DNA of 64,000 bases from assembly GCA_030295235.1 (NCBI GenBank), contig AP026132.1, positions 682,001 to 746,000 on the forward strand, given 5' to 3'. Both the position numbers and the translations under genes were made by a program. This DNA is from Fistulifera solaris (taxonomy: Eukaryota). This document shows positions 25,981-38,550 of the stretch, in pieces (position 1 is the first letter of the stretch; each line of letters begins with the position of its first letter). The notes beneath the pieces are model-generated. The model made no database searches and was not told the DNA's origin. It saw nothing but the letters and a program-made list of their open reading frames with translations.

Positions 25981-27711
25981 TCAAACTGGTGAGTCCTTTT
26001 CCCACAAGCTTTGAATTTTCACTACAATAGCGGTGATGTCATCTCTGTATTCTCCTTCCTCTTCGTGCCATTTTGCGGCCGCTGCTTCTATCAATGCCTG
26101 ACACGCCTTCGTTGCCCCACGATCCAAATTTTCTCCAACAATTCGTACAGCATCTGTAGATGTTATGAACTCCCAAACTCCATCTGAAGCCAAGATCATG
26201 AATTCATCTTGATCACTGATCTCATACGTGGAAATAACAGGTTCAGCAATGACTCCTACTTCGCTGACGGCATGGTCTCCGATTGATCGAGCCATAGCTA
26301 AACCAATTTGAGTATAATGCGGGTCCAACCAAACCCTAGCAGAGAGCCCAGGAGCAGGAGCAGGTGACACGTAACCACCTTGTGCTATAATGCGTTCCAT
26401 TTCCTCAGGTAGGTCTGGATTTTGGTCGATGGTCAGATCCACAGCATCCCAGCTGCTACCTTCGGCCGTTTTCCGAGCCATCACAGCACGAGAGTCCCCA
26501 GCATTTGCCAAGGTCAATATACTTTTCGTGAGCAAAGCAACACAAGCCGTCGTCCCTGAATACCAGGGTTCGATAAGTGGCTCGTCCTTGAGAGCCTCGT
26601 CAACGGCAAGGAAGACGTCTGTCAAAGCCTTTCCGTCATTAGAGCCAAAGTCCGGATGTTTCTCCAACCGCCTTTGTACTTCGTGTAAAGCAAACTGAGA
26701 AACGAATTCGCCACCTTGGCCATGACCGTCATAGACTGCGAAGAGAGCAATGCGACGATTGTTGCCATAAGGATATGCGACTCCACCTCGATCCTGATTT
26801 ATCTTCGCCACCATTGTGGGCCGTTCCTCCGGTCGTTTACGTGCTGATAATTCGTTTGCTTCGGCATCTGCTGTATCCGAAGAGGACGAGTCGTCATCAC
26901 TTCCAAAACGTTGATGAGTGCCTGCAAAGGCTGCTGGCTTTCCGCCTTGGGGAGGAGTCCAGGCTTCTTCCTCGTCCTCCTCCTCTTCGTCATCTCCATA
27001 AATGGGCTCGACACCGTGGCACGAGTACGTCCCGACAATTTCCAAAGGAAACGGTAGCTTGTGTTCTTCTTCGGCTGCTACCGTTTGTCGATAGCTCCAT
27101 CGGGGTATGCGCTGCAGGTCAGAACCCTCATTATCTCCGGGCTGTTTCTCGTCGTCTACACCCAGATCATCACTTGACTGAAATAGAAGAGAGCTCGAGG
27201 ACCCAGGTCGGGCGAGAGGTTTGTTGGTGTACAAGACATTGTCGCGGTGAATCGCCGGTGAGGGTGGTGCCCGATCTGCTGAGAGTAGTTCATCGGCATG
27301 TACTGTCTTGGTTCTACGACGCTCCGGAGTACTTTTAATTGAAGTCGAACTGACTTCCGAGAAGCGCCGCTGTCGCTTATGGCTACCTGCCTCGTCGTGA
27401 GCATCATCCGATGACTCACCTCGGGTGTGACTGGAAGTGGTGGTGAGTGACAAGCGGCGTTTACGAAATGTATGAGCTTTCTCATCAGCAGAGGGACTCG
27501 TCGCTTCAATTAGTGATTCAGCGCTTTGGATCTTTTCTTCAGTCTCATCTTGGGTGTCTAGGTTGTCGGATTGCTCCTTTGTCGGCGAAGTCGGTTGCAA
27601 ATGATGTTTCGGAAGACTCAGCCTACGTTTTCGAAATGTCGAGCTCTTCTTCTTGTCTTCATTTTCGTCATCATGCGAGTAATGAAGGTGTTTATCCAAT
27701 TCGTTTTCCAT
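25981..27711 (-). CDS. PP2C-family protein phosphatase with long disordered N-terminus
   Basis: NQD, VYDGHG, SGTTA, ANAGDSRAV, LAMARSIGD, ILASDGVWEF, DDITAIVV. Start at 27711 is inferred. Confidence 0.92.
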   Translation of the reverse strand: MENELDKHLHYSHDDENEDKKKSSTFRKRRLSLPKHHLQPTSPTKEQSDNLDTQDETEEKIQSAESLIEATSPSADEKAHTFRKRRLSLTTTSSHTRGESSDDAHDEAGSHKRQRRFSEVSSTSIKSTPERRRTKTVHADELLSADRAPPSPAIHRDNVLYTNKPLARPGSSSSLLFQSSDDLGVDDEKQPGDNEGSDLQRIPRWSYRQTVAAEEEHKLPFPLEIVGTYSCHGVEPIYGDDEEEEDEEEAWTPPQGGKPAAFAGTHQRFGSDDDSSSSDTADAEANELSARKRPEERPTMVAKINQDRGGVAYPYGNNRRIALFAVYDGHGQGGEFVSQFALHEVQRRLEKHPDFGSNDGKALTDVFLAVDEALKDEPLIEPWYSGTTACVALLTKSILTLANAGDSRAVMARKTAEGSSWDAVDLTIDQNPDLPEEMERIIAQGGYVSPAPAPGLSARVWLDPHYTQIGLAMARSIGDHAVSEVGVIAEPVISTYEISDQDEFMILASDGVWEFITSTDAVRIVGENLDRGATKACQALIEAAAAKWHEEEGEYRDDITAIVVKIQSLWEKDSPV

Positions 27712-28454
27712 GATTACTGATTGTACAAAAATGAGCACAAGACTTTGATCGGTTTGCCTTTTGCTGATATCGAGTGGCGTCGTATACAAACCCGTCAATT
27801 CGTTTTGTTTCGCGTTCCAGCTCAGTCTAATGGAGGACGTGACAATGAAGCTTTTCCTAACAAAGTAGACCTTCAAATAAACAGGAGAGGCGAGCAGTGA
27901 ATGACATCAGTGTCATTGAAGAGGACGCGGTGGAGGAACTGCTCTACGAAGGCGAAAAAGCGCATTCGATGGGGAACAAACATCGGGAGGAGAGGACTTC
28001 TCTCGTCCGTAATTCGATCGGAACGCCAGCAAGGTAATTTTACATAAGGGAATTCTTCGCGCGCCAATGTCCTATTGATTGAAACACGTTTTGTGTATAA
28101 GCTTGTGATAAAGTGCGCCATGCAAGTTGGTGATAGTGCAGTGTACAACACAAAATCAAGTTCAATGTTCAACGTTTATCTTTTTAGCCTTCACGAGAAC
28201 ATTCCATCAGAGCCATCAGCCAATCGATGCAATTGAATGGAAAGAAATCCTAAAGAGCCCAGTTACCAAACAACAGTCATCGATGCTACATTTCTCGGAA
28301 GAAAACACTTTGCTCAAACTGGGTCCCTATCGCTATCTAGCCCACCCCTGAGAACGAGAATTCAAAGCAGTGCAAGACAAAGGAATGAATCGAATTAACG
28401 AACATTTTATAGAATACTCTTATTAGAGAATAAAGTTAACCAAGTAACTCTAAA

Positions 28455-28718
28455 CTATTTCAGTCTTGGGGCGGCGCGGTGCGTCGTGAAACGAATACTG
28501 GTTCTTATGGGGCTGGGTGTCGCGGGGAAGAACCAGACGGATACCATTCTCGGGAACGTAAACTCCAAGATGGTGCAACTGAGCCATTTCAAGCATCGAA
28601 ATTCGTTCTTCGATGTTGGGTCGCCGATTGGGAGGCGGGGTACAACTTTCACTTGCGCGCTCGTCTTGTTGACGAGAGGCTTGTAGTTGGATTTCTTTTG
28701 GCGACGAAAGAACTTCAT
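28455..28718 (-). CDS. Possible small basic hypothetical protein
   Basis: ATG-started ORF (MKFFRRQKK...) in an otherwise empty gap; no motif recognised. Confidence 0.2.
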   Translation of the reverse strand: MKFFRRQKKSNYKPLVNKTSAQVKVVPRLPIGDPTSKNEFRCLKWLSCTILEFTFPRMVSVWFFPATPSPIRTSIRFTTHRAAPRLK

Positions 28719-29553
28719 GGTAAGGCGAGCTTCTGTTTGTACGTTATTCAAGCACACGATTCGACTTTGTGCGAGAAATGGGCTGATTGACTCAAGTGCA
28801 TTCGGTTGGATGGATCGATCGGCAACATTTTTGTTGTTTGTTTCATTTTTGGAAACGCCCGAGTACTCAACTTGGTAGAGTCGATATTGTGACGGGACTG
28901 AAGTTGCCCGACTGACCGCTGTCGAAAACGAAACGACGACAGCATCGCCGTTATTCATCATGAACACGGGCATGCAGCTTTTCGTTTCTTCTTCGCATTG
29001 ATTTCCTCCCGGATAAACAGGATAGAATTCGCTTTCTCTCGTTCAGCAACGCGGGCGACAGTGGGAATTGGATTTTCAAGTTAGCCTGGGACGTGTTAAC
29101 TGCTTTTTAAAATAAATCTCCGCCGAATCATCAACTCTTGACATTGCAAGTGATCCACAAAGTTATCATTTTAGTTCCATTTTCGTGTATGGGTCATTCT
29201 CTACATGCAATTGTTTTTGCTGTCGTCAATAACAAAACGCGAAAAAGGACGAGAAAAAGTTTTGTGGTTGTTTTGTCGTAGTGGGAAAGCATTCCATCGA
29301 ATGTAGTCCTTTTCCGTTGAATATTCGTACATAGGCATTTTGCGTAAGTTATCGGTCAACCGAAACATTATATGGTCTAGAAAGTACTACAGAGCCGACC
29401 GTGACGAAAAACAGAAGGAAAAGATTGTGAAAATCATCGATGCACCCGAACCGCAGAACGATAAAAACCTTTCTTAATTCTGATTGTACCAAGGTATTCA
29501 TCTCGTAACGAACAAGTTTGTCTCATTCAAACAACCCGAAGTAATGAAATAGA

Positions 29554-30649
29554 ATGGCGGATCCTATGGACGAAGGGTCAGCACCTCGCAAAGAAATTTA
29601 TACATACACAGCACCGTGGACCGTCTATTCCCTGGCATGGAGTCGAAGGTACGTCTATTTTCAGAAAGAAACGATTGCATCATGCCCTTTTCTTACGTTT
29701 CTCTCCTTCTTCTAGACAAGACATTCGATCGCAATTTCGTCTCGCCATCGGTTCGTATGTCGAGCAATATTCGAACGGTGTGCAAATTATTGAAAAACAA
29801 CATCGCAGCGCCGACGACGACGACGGATTGACGTCGTTGTACAAAACGGGCGAATTCGATCATCCGTATCCGTGTACGAAAATTTTATGGAGCCCCGCGG
29901 TAAATGGCCGCGATTTACTTGCCACAACGGGTGATTATCTGCGCGTATGGAGTGTCCAAGAAGGAATGAATCCAAAAAGGAGTGTCTGCTCAACAACAAT
30001 AAGACGTCAGAATACTGTGCCCCTCTCACATCGTTTGACTGGAATGAAACGGATCATAACATCGTGGGGACATCCTCGATTGATACGACTTGCACGATAT
30101 GGGACATTGAAGCGCAAAAAGCCAAGACGCAGCTGATTGCGCACGACCGAGAAGTCTTTGATATTGCCTTTGCGCGGGGGGAAAGATGTTTTTGCGTCCG
30201 TCGGAGCCGACGGGAGCGTACGAATGTTTGATTTGCGGTCTTTGGAGCATTCGACCATCATTTATGAATCACCGAATTTGGATGCACTCTTGCGTCTGGA
30301 ATGGAACAAGCAAGATCCGAACTATTTGGCAACCTTCATGGTGGATAGTCGGCGGACCATTATTTTGGATATACGAGTACCGTCGATACCCGTGGCGGAG
30401 CTGGGAGGACATATGGGTTGTGTGAATGCCGCAGCTTGGGCTCCGCATTCGTCGTGTCATATATGTACGGTAGGCGATGATAATCAGGCACTCATTTGGG
30501 ATCTGAGCAGCATGTCGAAACGGCCTGTGGAGGACCCCATACTGGCGTATAATGCCGCTGGTGAAATCAACAATCTGCATTGGTCCGCGGCGAGGCCCGA
30601 CTGGGTGTCGATCGCCTTCCATGATAAACTACAAATTCTACGTGTATAA
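29554..30649 (+). CDS. DCAF7: WD40 protein, DCAF7/WDR68/AN11 family
   Basis: [64 protein letters not shown]. Intron 29649-29715. Frameshifts at about 29976 and 30178. Confidence 0.9.
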
Positions 30650-30908
30650 TAACAAGAACTTTTTGATCAAAGTGAAAATCCTTGTTGAGATGTTTGAACG
30701 AAAAACGCAAAAGCGAGAACAGAAGAGTGTGACATGAAAGGTGACGATATTTGTTGGGCAAAGAGCTAGGCTTTAAAGAAATTTTTAAGCTATCTTCGCT
30801 CGACATTGTCGTGAAAACAGGACGATGACGAATACTGCATCTTTGACTGTCAGAAGCGGCTACGACCAAATTTAAGCTGCTTCAAATGGCCACTGTACAT
30901 TGACGACC

Positions 30909-31619
30909 TTAAACTGCTTCATTGACTTCAAAAACTGGTTTGATAGACTTTCCTTCTTCACTCTTTTCGACACGCAGACCGCCTTCGGTTCGTTCTTCTC
31001 CAACATAAATTTCCGGATTGTATCCTACCAAATTGGCATCAAAATCATCCGGTAGATCCGCCGCACTTCCTTCGACTTTCGTTAAATTCACTTGATTCCG
31101 TACGACATCCATTTCCGAATCCCCCGGCGCGTACCACAATTCCAAAGCCGACGCGTACGAGCCACCCATATTCTGGGGCCGTAATTCGCGTTGACTGTAT
31201 TCGAAAATGACGCGTTTTTGTGCCAAACAAGCATGTGTCGGCACAATACCCGGCTTTGCTGCGATTTTTCCGACAAACCAGAATGTCGTGGGACTATTGA
31301 GAGGGGAACGGATGTAGACATCGTTGCAGGCATTCTTCCCGTGTTCTTTGCGAATGGCATCAAATGTATTCGCTGCTTTGCGCAGTACTTTCGAACCCGA
31401 TCCCGTGTGCTTACTGGATATGGAGCGTAGTTTTTTGTTGTTTGGCGATGATTTGGTGCTACCGAACCCTCCGCCACTTTTGCCCCCCTCCAAATTGTTG
31501 GTTGACTTTTTGACGGCCGAGATGAGGCACGTTCGAGAACGGCTCTCTGCAGGGATAATGAATGCGCCGCACAGCCTTCGAAATAACAGCGTCGCGTAAA
31601 GGATGTGATGGTACTTCAT
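30909..31619 (-). CDS. Plastid-targeted hypothetical protein
   Basis: Signal peptide ending CGA-FII, then an S/K/R-rich transit peptide with GGGFG; intact 236-aa ORF. Confidence 0.75.
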   Translation of the reverse strand: MKYHHILYATLLFRRLCGAFIIPAESRSRTCLISAVKKSTNNLEGGKSGGGFGSTKSSPNNKKLRSISSKHTGSGSKVLRKAANTFDAIRKEHGKNACNDVYIRSPLNSPTTFWFVGKIAAKPGIVPTHACLAQKRVIFEYSQRELRPQNMGGSYASALELWYAPGDSEMDVVRNQVNLTKVEGSAADLPDDFDANLVGYNPEIYVGEERTEGGLRVEKSEEGKSIKPVFEVNEAV

Positions 31620-32246
31620 AATTAATGGATGGATCTTTCTCTTTGTTTTCCTTGCGGAGTATATTTATTTGCCAACGCAGTGAACAATTGAATGGCTTTC
31701 TCATGAAGAATGTTCAGCAAACTTCCAGAAATTCTGGAGACGGTGTCAAGCGACGCATTTATATTTTGTTCGCACCTCGAACTCGAACCTTATTGTACGG
31801 TCTGCAGAGCTCCTTGGCACAATTACTATAGCGATAATAGTGGGTGAATTTATTCAAGACTGCATTTCAGTCATGAACTAGCAATTGAATACGTTTGATG
31901 TAAATAAAATGTAGCATTGACATTGATACGACACACACACGACGCAACACACGACGCAAGCTCTCAGTAATCTGCAATGAATTTCAGAATCGTAAACGCA
32001 GAATGAATCGAAAAAACATAAAAAATGGTGAAGCGACCAATGAATGTTTGGACATACAGAAATTCTGTGTTATTGTCAGAAATTTTGGAAGCGGTGTTCT
32101 GTAAGCAGTGCTTTTCATGATGTTCAGAAATTATTCTGGAGCAGTTTACTGTGTTGCTTTCTGTTGGTTCTAACGGTCGTGAGTAACGGTACGAGGAAAA
32201 GAAACGAAACCAAAACGACGCACATAACGCATCCATTGGATGGCTT

Positions 32247-34265
32247 GTGGCAGTTCTTGATCAAGACTCCTCGCTTCCGTCCCTATTACCGCAATACGTT
32301 CACGAGATTGACCCACAGCGCAAGTTGGGGCAAACGATCGAAAGAATGAGCGAAGGCACTTACACTCCATCCGCACGTGTCGCCTGCCGTACCTTTCCCG
32401 ACAGTGACATCGAAGCCGCGTTGCACTTTTGTCAGCAACATGAGCAATTGCGTCCCTTCCTGGGGACGTCCAATGATCGTCTGGTCAAAATGGGCCGTAG
32501 TATGCGCAGTCTCCTCGATTTACTCGAGGGCGAACCGTTGGAATTGAGTCTCGAACTGTTGGTGCAAGAGTCGCAACTGTTGGTGGACGATTCGATTTCG
32601 TTGCACGTTCCGAAGGTGCGATTCGGTAAGACCGAATTACAAATGCCCATTGTCACATTGGGTTGTATGCGATTTCAACAAGAGTGGGGTCCGCGCATTA
32701 CCAACATGAACATGGTGGGGAGTGACTGTCAAGACAATTTGGTCGAAATCCTCAAGTTGGCCATTCTGAAGTACGGCATGATTCATATTGAGACAGCGCG
32801 GGGATACGGTAGTAGCGAGCTGCAATTGGGTTGTGCCTTGAAGCAAATTTTTCTAACGACGGACATTAAGCGTGAAGATCTGATCATCCAAGTGAAAGTC
32901 CGACCCATGAAGAGTGTCATTGAGTTTAGGGAAACAATCGGAGAAAGCTTTCAAAACCTACAAATTGATTACTGCGACTTGTTTTCGTTGCATGGCTTTA
33001 ATTATGAGGAGCAAATGAAGTGGGTGTTTGGAGAGGAAAAGATGACTGTTGTTGCACAGACAGAAAAGAACAGTGCCGAGAGCAACGACGAGGCGAAGGA
33101 TGCGAGTACACAAGAAGCCGAAGAAACGTGTATGTCTGTCTTGACACAATATATGGAAGCCGGAAAGATCAAGCATCTTGGTTTCACCACGCATGGACCT
33201 ACCGAACTCATCTGTCGACTCGTTGCAAAAGACGTATTCTCTTACGCGAACATCCACTACCATTACTTCGGATCGTATACAGCTACTGGGGGTCCTGACG
33301 GAAAGGGAAACGATTTAGCTGTCAAAATGATGCAGGAACGCGGCATGGGCATCTTTATCATTAGTCCCTTTGACAAGGGAGGGGCTTTGTATAAGCCCTC
33401 CAAGAAACTTCGCTCGCTCACGTTGCCGGATATGGAGCCGATCAACTTCGGTATGAACTGGATTTGGAATCATGACAAGCTAGCCGATGGCAATGCGCAA
33501 CTGCATACATTCACCATCGGAGCTGGTAGACCGTCCGATCTTGACAACGCTGCCGTTGCAGCGTATTTGCATACAACACGACCCGACGATATCGCAGCAA
33601 AGACAAAAGCTGTCGTCGAACGTTTGGATCGCGCCAAAATTGAAGCTCTGGGGAAGGATTTTGCCGATCACTGGTGGAAAGGACTGCCGAAAGCTTATCA
33701 GTGCAAATCTTTGGTTGAGCACAACCAGATTGTGTGGATCTATACGGTGATTAAGGCATTCGGAATGCTTGAATTCGGAAAGATGAGGTACGCCTCTTTC
33801 GAGAACAATTCTTCCAAGTGGAATGCAACCTTTTCGGCAGAAGAGAACATTGAAAAGAATATTGGTAAAGACCCTTGGGGGTTTGTACCTGGTCTTGCGC
33901 TCGATCCGAAAAAGGACTATGCCGACGAACTTGTAGGTGTCCCTGAGGAAAACAAATTGAGGGTCAAACAAGCTCAAGAATGCGTCATCAAATGGTGCAG
34001 CAAGGATCCGCCAGTCATCGAGCCTAAGAAAAGTTGGCCGAACATTCGTCGAATGTCGAACATGCTCTCGCGAAAGCCAAAAGCAAATACGAGTCAGGCT
34101 GGGGAAACTGGAGCAAACGAAGATAGTACAAGTGATGTAGACCTATTCATCGAGGAGGACTTCACCATCAAGCCGGACTGGGAAACGTCCTATGATATGC
34201 GTCCTTGGCCCGACTATCCTGATCAGCCAAAAGGGAGTAGATCATTAACATTTAAATGCTTTTAA
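32247..34265 (+). CDS. Aldo/keto reductase family protein (predicted oxidoreductase); start uncertain
   Basis: RFGKTELQMPIVTLGCMRFQ, HIETARGYGSSE, DLFSLHG, GKIKHLGFTTHG, ISPFDKGGALY. Confidence 0.85.
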   Translation: MAVLDQDSSLPSLLPQYVHEIDPQRKLGQTIERMSEGTYTPSARVACRTFPDSDIEAALHFCQQHEQLRPFLGTSNDRLVKMGRSMRSLLDLLEGEPLELSLELLVQESQLLVDDSISLHVPKVRFGKTELQMPIVTLGCMRFQQEWGPRITNMNMVGSDCQDNLVEILKLAILKYGMIHIETARGYGSSELQLGCALKQIFLTTDIKREDLIIQVKVRPMKSVIEFRETIGESFQNLQIDYCDLFSLHGFNYEEQMKWVFGEEKMTVVAQTEKNSAESNDEAKDASTQEAEETCMSVLTQYMEAGKIKHLGFTTHGPTELICRLVAKDVFSYANIHYHYFGSYTATGGPDGKGNDLAVKMMQERGMGIFIISPFDKGGALYKPSKKLRSLTLPDMEPINFGMNWIWNHDKLADGNAQLHTFTIGAGRPSDLDNAAVAAYLHTTRPDDIAAKTKAVVERLDRAKIEALGKDFADHWWKGLPKAYQCKSLVEHNQIVWIYTVIKAFGMLEFGKMRYASFENNSSKWNATFSAEENIEKNIGKDPWGFVPGLALDPKKDYADELVGVPEENKLRVKQAQECVIKWCSKDPPVIEPKKSWPNIRRMSNMLSRKPKANTSQAGETGANEDSTSDVDLFIEEDFTIKPDWETSYDMRPWPDYPDQPKGSRSLTFKCF

Positions 34266-34377
34266 TATCCCTATTATTCATTTTTAGTTCACTTTGGCGA
34301 TACGACGGTTGCCGGTAATCAAAATTTACTTTATAGCTATGTTTTCTCACGTCCGTGATCATGATTGTTATCACAGC

Positions 34378-36491
34378 TTAACTGCAAAGATCGATTCCAC
34401 GTACTCCTTCGCAACCCTTCGGAGTAAACCAAACCAAACTGAATCGCTCCCCTTTGAACGGCATTGTCCAATGCCTCTGCGTCCATCCATTGAACTCGAC
34501 AGCTTTGTAGCGGATATCCTTTTTCTCTCCCTCCACCACAAGTTCACCACCGGCGTAAGTCCCGAGCCCCACGATCAAGCTCGTGCTCTGGCCAGCACCA
34601 GCACCGCTGTCAGTATGAGGACGAAATTGGGCGTTCCTGTTGATTGCGATGGTACTGCTCGGTTCTCTGTCTGGTCTCAAAGCCATCTCGAGTTCAAAGG
34701 CGGCTTTCATCAGCTCCGGGAAAAGAGAGTTTCCCTTTGGTTGAATGCATCGATCTCCAGGCATGGCTCCAACGGAAAAACTGCCCGATGCCCCGCCTTC
34801 TCCTTCAGCAAATATGTAGGCGGAAGATCTTTGACCCTTGTTATTTTTAGCCTTACCATGCGCATCCGCCAAAGAATTCGGAAGAACATCCTCGTCTGTA
34901 GCATTTGGATCGGTCAAACTGGAAATCATAACCATTTGCCGCTTGGGAGTCGTGCTTGGCCACAAGCCGCTGGCGTCCGCTTCGCGCAGACAACGTAGCA
35001 CTTTCTCGAATACAGCCGGTACAGTAGGATCTACCAAGTCGAGCGAAGGAATGAGTTCCGACGCTTCTGCAGCGGACTTATCGCTTACAGCTAGGGAAGA
35101 CTGTTTCCATTGTCGATACTCTTCTAATTGTTGGTTGGCTCTTTGCGACCACGGAGCAAGCACATTTTCGGTCCATTCACGCTCCGCCAGCAGTCGTCCA
35201 TCCTCGTCGAACCCATCCGTCAACCACGCCCGCGCAACTCGCTCGCGCACTAGGTCTTTCCAATACTCGTACCTCTTTATCGTATTGGCATCATTCCATC
35301 CTTCACTAAAACGATCAGCAATGCGAGGACTTAGTACAGCTTTAACTTTCCCCTCCCAATTTACATAATAAGCTTCACCGGCAATCATGCCCATCGATGG
35401 CGCTGCTGGGGTGGGAATCAAACTTCCGTACTTCTCGTCAAACAAACACTCGACTATATCTTGATTTACTAATCCGCGAGCCAGGGCTAAAAAGACCCCG
35501 ATGACGCGGCACACTTGACCGTGCAAGAATAAATCGCCGGTAAGTGACAACACCAGAAAGGGACGGCGTTCTCCGTCGAAACGAATCGTTGCCCGATGAT
35601 AAACACGATCCATCCGTCGATAAGCCACATATTCATGAGCCATGCACGACGGGGTGAAATTGTGAAAACGCCTTCGCTTGAGCAAATTTGTCGTGGGTTT
35701 ATTGCCATTCTTACTTTTCTGCTCATTTTTGGGTCGCTTCGATTGTTGCTCTCGCTCCATCTTTTTCGCGCTAGCATCTTGTTCGTCCGCATCCATGGGT
35801 GTAATTTGTGTCGTAAGACTCTGCATTTTTCGTTTCAGCCCAAACAAGTATTTTACAGTCGCCAGTGTCGGATAGTCTCGTCCCACCTTCGAAACGTATT
35901 CCGACGTTTCCGTAAAGTCCGGAAGCGAGTCGAAGAACTCATCACGAGACATGTTCTCAATATTGCTGCAGTACAGGAAATCCAAGGGAAGCATATATTC
36001 CACGCGACGATGTGTGACATCGATTTCGGCATTGAAGGTCCCCCTTTTCCCTTCATTTCGTGACGACCGATCAAATAAATCCCCTCGGGCTCCAGTTGAA
36101 TGTTCATTCTATCAATCCAGTTATCGACTGGTTCCAGTATAGAGGGTAGGCGTGTCGCCAACACTTCGGAAATGACACCGCCCGTCCCTTCATCTTGCTT
36201 GACAAGTTGAGTGCGACGTCCTATGTTCGCGTACGATCGATTGATTTTGTCCGGCTTGACGTCTTCTCCCTGCACAATTTTGAGTAACTTTTGGGCCGCA
36301 TCCGTCCCTTCGAGTCCATGATATCCATACAGAAGCAATACTTTGTGCCGATCCTGTTCTTGAAGATACTGCAGATACCCTTCATATTCTTCTTTCGACA
36401 AACACTGACCGCTGGTTTCCTTGAGGTGCCGAAAGACAGCGCTTCGGGAAGGAAACTCTTCGCCACAGCCATGACATGTAGCTTTCTGCAT
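34378..36491 (-). CDS. C2H2-like Zn finger + TruA/Pus1-like pseudouridine synthase + 2OG-Fe(II) oxygenase fusion
   Basis: Zn finger CHGCGEEFPSRSAVFRH. Pus1-like motifs FNAE..RRVEYMLP, FHNFT, GDLFLHGQVCRVIG, PTPAAP. Oxygenase motifs PHTD...GGEL...HWTMPFKGERFSLVWF. Frameshift in a G-run at about 36042. Confidence 0.78.
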
Positions 36492-36971
36492 GCTTTTCAC
36501 TGCAATCGAATAGCAAGCGAACACTTTGTAACGTTAAAATAAGCTTCAAATACTGGTAATTATGGGCGCAGAAATTTTTCATCGTTTTCTTCTTTGCGCG
36601 GGTTTTTTGCGGCTCGCGTTTCGTCGCCGGACCGACGGCAAGACGGCATTAAACATGAATCAATCATCATCGATCATCATCAATCACGAGTTCTGACGCC
36701 ACGTGTAGTATCTTCTACATAGTACACGCCATAGCGGTGTGTGTGTGGTCGCGACGAGAAGTTGGTTGACACACATCATTCTTCTTGCCATTTTTGTTGC
36801 TGCTTATGATAATTGCATCTTTCGTAGCGACGATCAACCCTTACTGCGAATACAAGGTCTTTCCTGCACATTATCGAACCTCTTGACACCCAAGTGAATA
36901 CAAGTTCAGAGCTCGGAAAGCTAGAACGCCCAAATTGAAAGATACATTTCATCATACAGCATCCGACAAAG

Positions 36972-37811
36972 ATGACCGTCCTTCTGCAGCCCAGCCGTCC
37001 CGCATCGAGCGGCGAAATATCCACCTACATGACGGTAATTCTATTTTTTGTCACACACGGTATCGTCAATTCTCTACTACTGGCATTCAGTCCCATACGG
37101 TGTATTTACTGGAAACGGGCTGAATGCAATCCAGATGAGGCCTGGATGTTGAATTGGCTCGCGTTTGGAATGTTTCATGTCAATGTTCTGATTGCCTGCC
37201 TTGCCCAGAAGGCACGTGGTCACGTAATTCTGGAGCAGCGTCTGGTTTTTCTGGTGACTGCTCTTATATTGTCGTATCTTTCGACCGGAGTCTTTCTTCT
37301 CGATCACATCAACAAAGCCATTGCGGGCGTGCAATTGGCATTTTATATGGTACTACTCGTTGTCATCATTCAGCATCAATCAACGGCTCCATTTCAGGTA
37401 CCTTTGCCGGCACAGCTGCGATCAAGCTCATTTGATTTTCGCAAGCAATTCCCCATTGCGACGGTTGCAGTGGGATTGCAATGTGTCCTTTCGCTCTTTC
37501 AAGTGTGGGACATGACCTTTGGCAACGGACGATACTATTACCTCGGAGACCTGAGTGGCAGTATCTTTAACAGTATTTCTCATGCTGCCGTCACGCAAAT
37601 GTTGTGGGTGACTCTGATTTTGGGTTTCAGCGTTTTATTAGCGACACCCGAACAACAAAAGTCTTTGTTGAAAGGCGAAGCTTTTTCGCTATTCATTACC
37701 CTCGTTCTCCTATCTGGCGAGCAGGGCTCGAAAATGGACTTGACGCAGACGAGGGCAGCATGTGTAGGGACATTCTTTAGCATGCTAATTGCCTTATTTG
37801 GATCGGCCTAA
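36972..37811 (+). CDS. Multi-pass membrane protein, unknown function
   Basis: 279-aa ORF with about 7-8 hydrophobic segments in two similar-sized halves. Confidence 0.7.
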   Translation: MTVLLQPSRPASSGEISTYMTVILFFVTHGIVNSLLLAFSPIRCIYWKRAECNPDEAWMLNWLAFGMFHVNVLIACLAQKARGHVILEQRLVFLVTALILSYLSTGVFLLDHINKAIAGVQLAFYMVLLVVIIQHQSTAPFQVPLPAQLRSSSFDFRKQFPIATVAVGLQCVLSLFQVWDMTFGNGRYYYLGDLSGSIFNSISHAAVTQMLWVTLILGFSVLLATPEQQKSLLKGEAFSLFITLVLLSGEQGSKMDLTQTRAACVGTFFSMLIALFGSA

Positions 37812-38550
37812 TCAAGTGCAATTCTCAGCCTGAAGGGGCTATGCGGGTAACAAACCGTTCCTTCTTGCTGTGACTCGTTGCATGTGTTACGATGCAACCG
37901 TAATTCTGTAATGATAACTTTGAAATAAGGAAAAGAACTTATTCTAACCCAGCGTTTTAGGGAAAGACTATTTTCCACGCGAGCGCACAGAAAGCAAACT
38001 GGCAATCTACAACGTAACTGCAACATGTGATACTTAATTAGAGGTAGTAATACGGTTAAGATACACTTGTTCTGGCTGTGATTTGCATCCTTTAGAATGC
38101 GCTTCTCGCTAATTCTCCCAAATTGCTCCTCCTTCATAGATCATAGACCTTAGTTGCGATCACTTTTCTCGTGACTCGAGACTGAAATATACTCAATCAT
38201 GAGTCACCATTGGCCTTACAATAACCCTATTAAGTACTGAGTACACCGGTAATCGAACGGTGCTGGTGCGACAAACAGTGAAACGGACGATATATCGCGA
38301 TCGTTTTCACTTTTTCGCCCGCCGTTGCCGCCATTTGAAAGCAAGAACGACAATCCGGAAGCCCAGAAAGAAACGGCAGAGCTCAAATGGAAAACAAATA
38401 TCTTCCTTCTTACTAGAAACGATTTCATAAAATGGAAACGTTGAATTATTTGGCCGAGACGGATACGATAGTTCATGCTCATAAAAAAGCAGTCGAATGC
38501 TCGCATAAGCGAAACTTTCAAACCAAAAACAGATCTATCAAACCATCACC

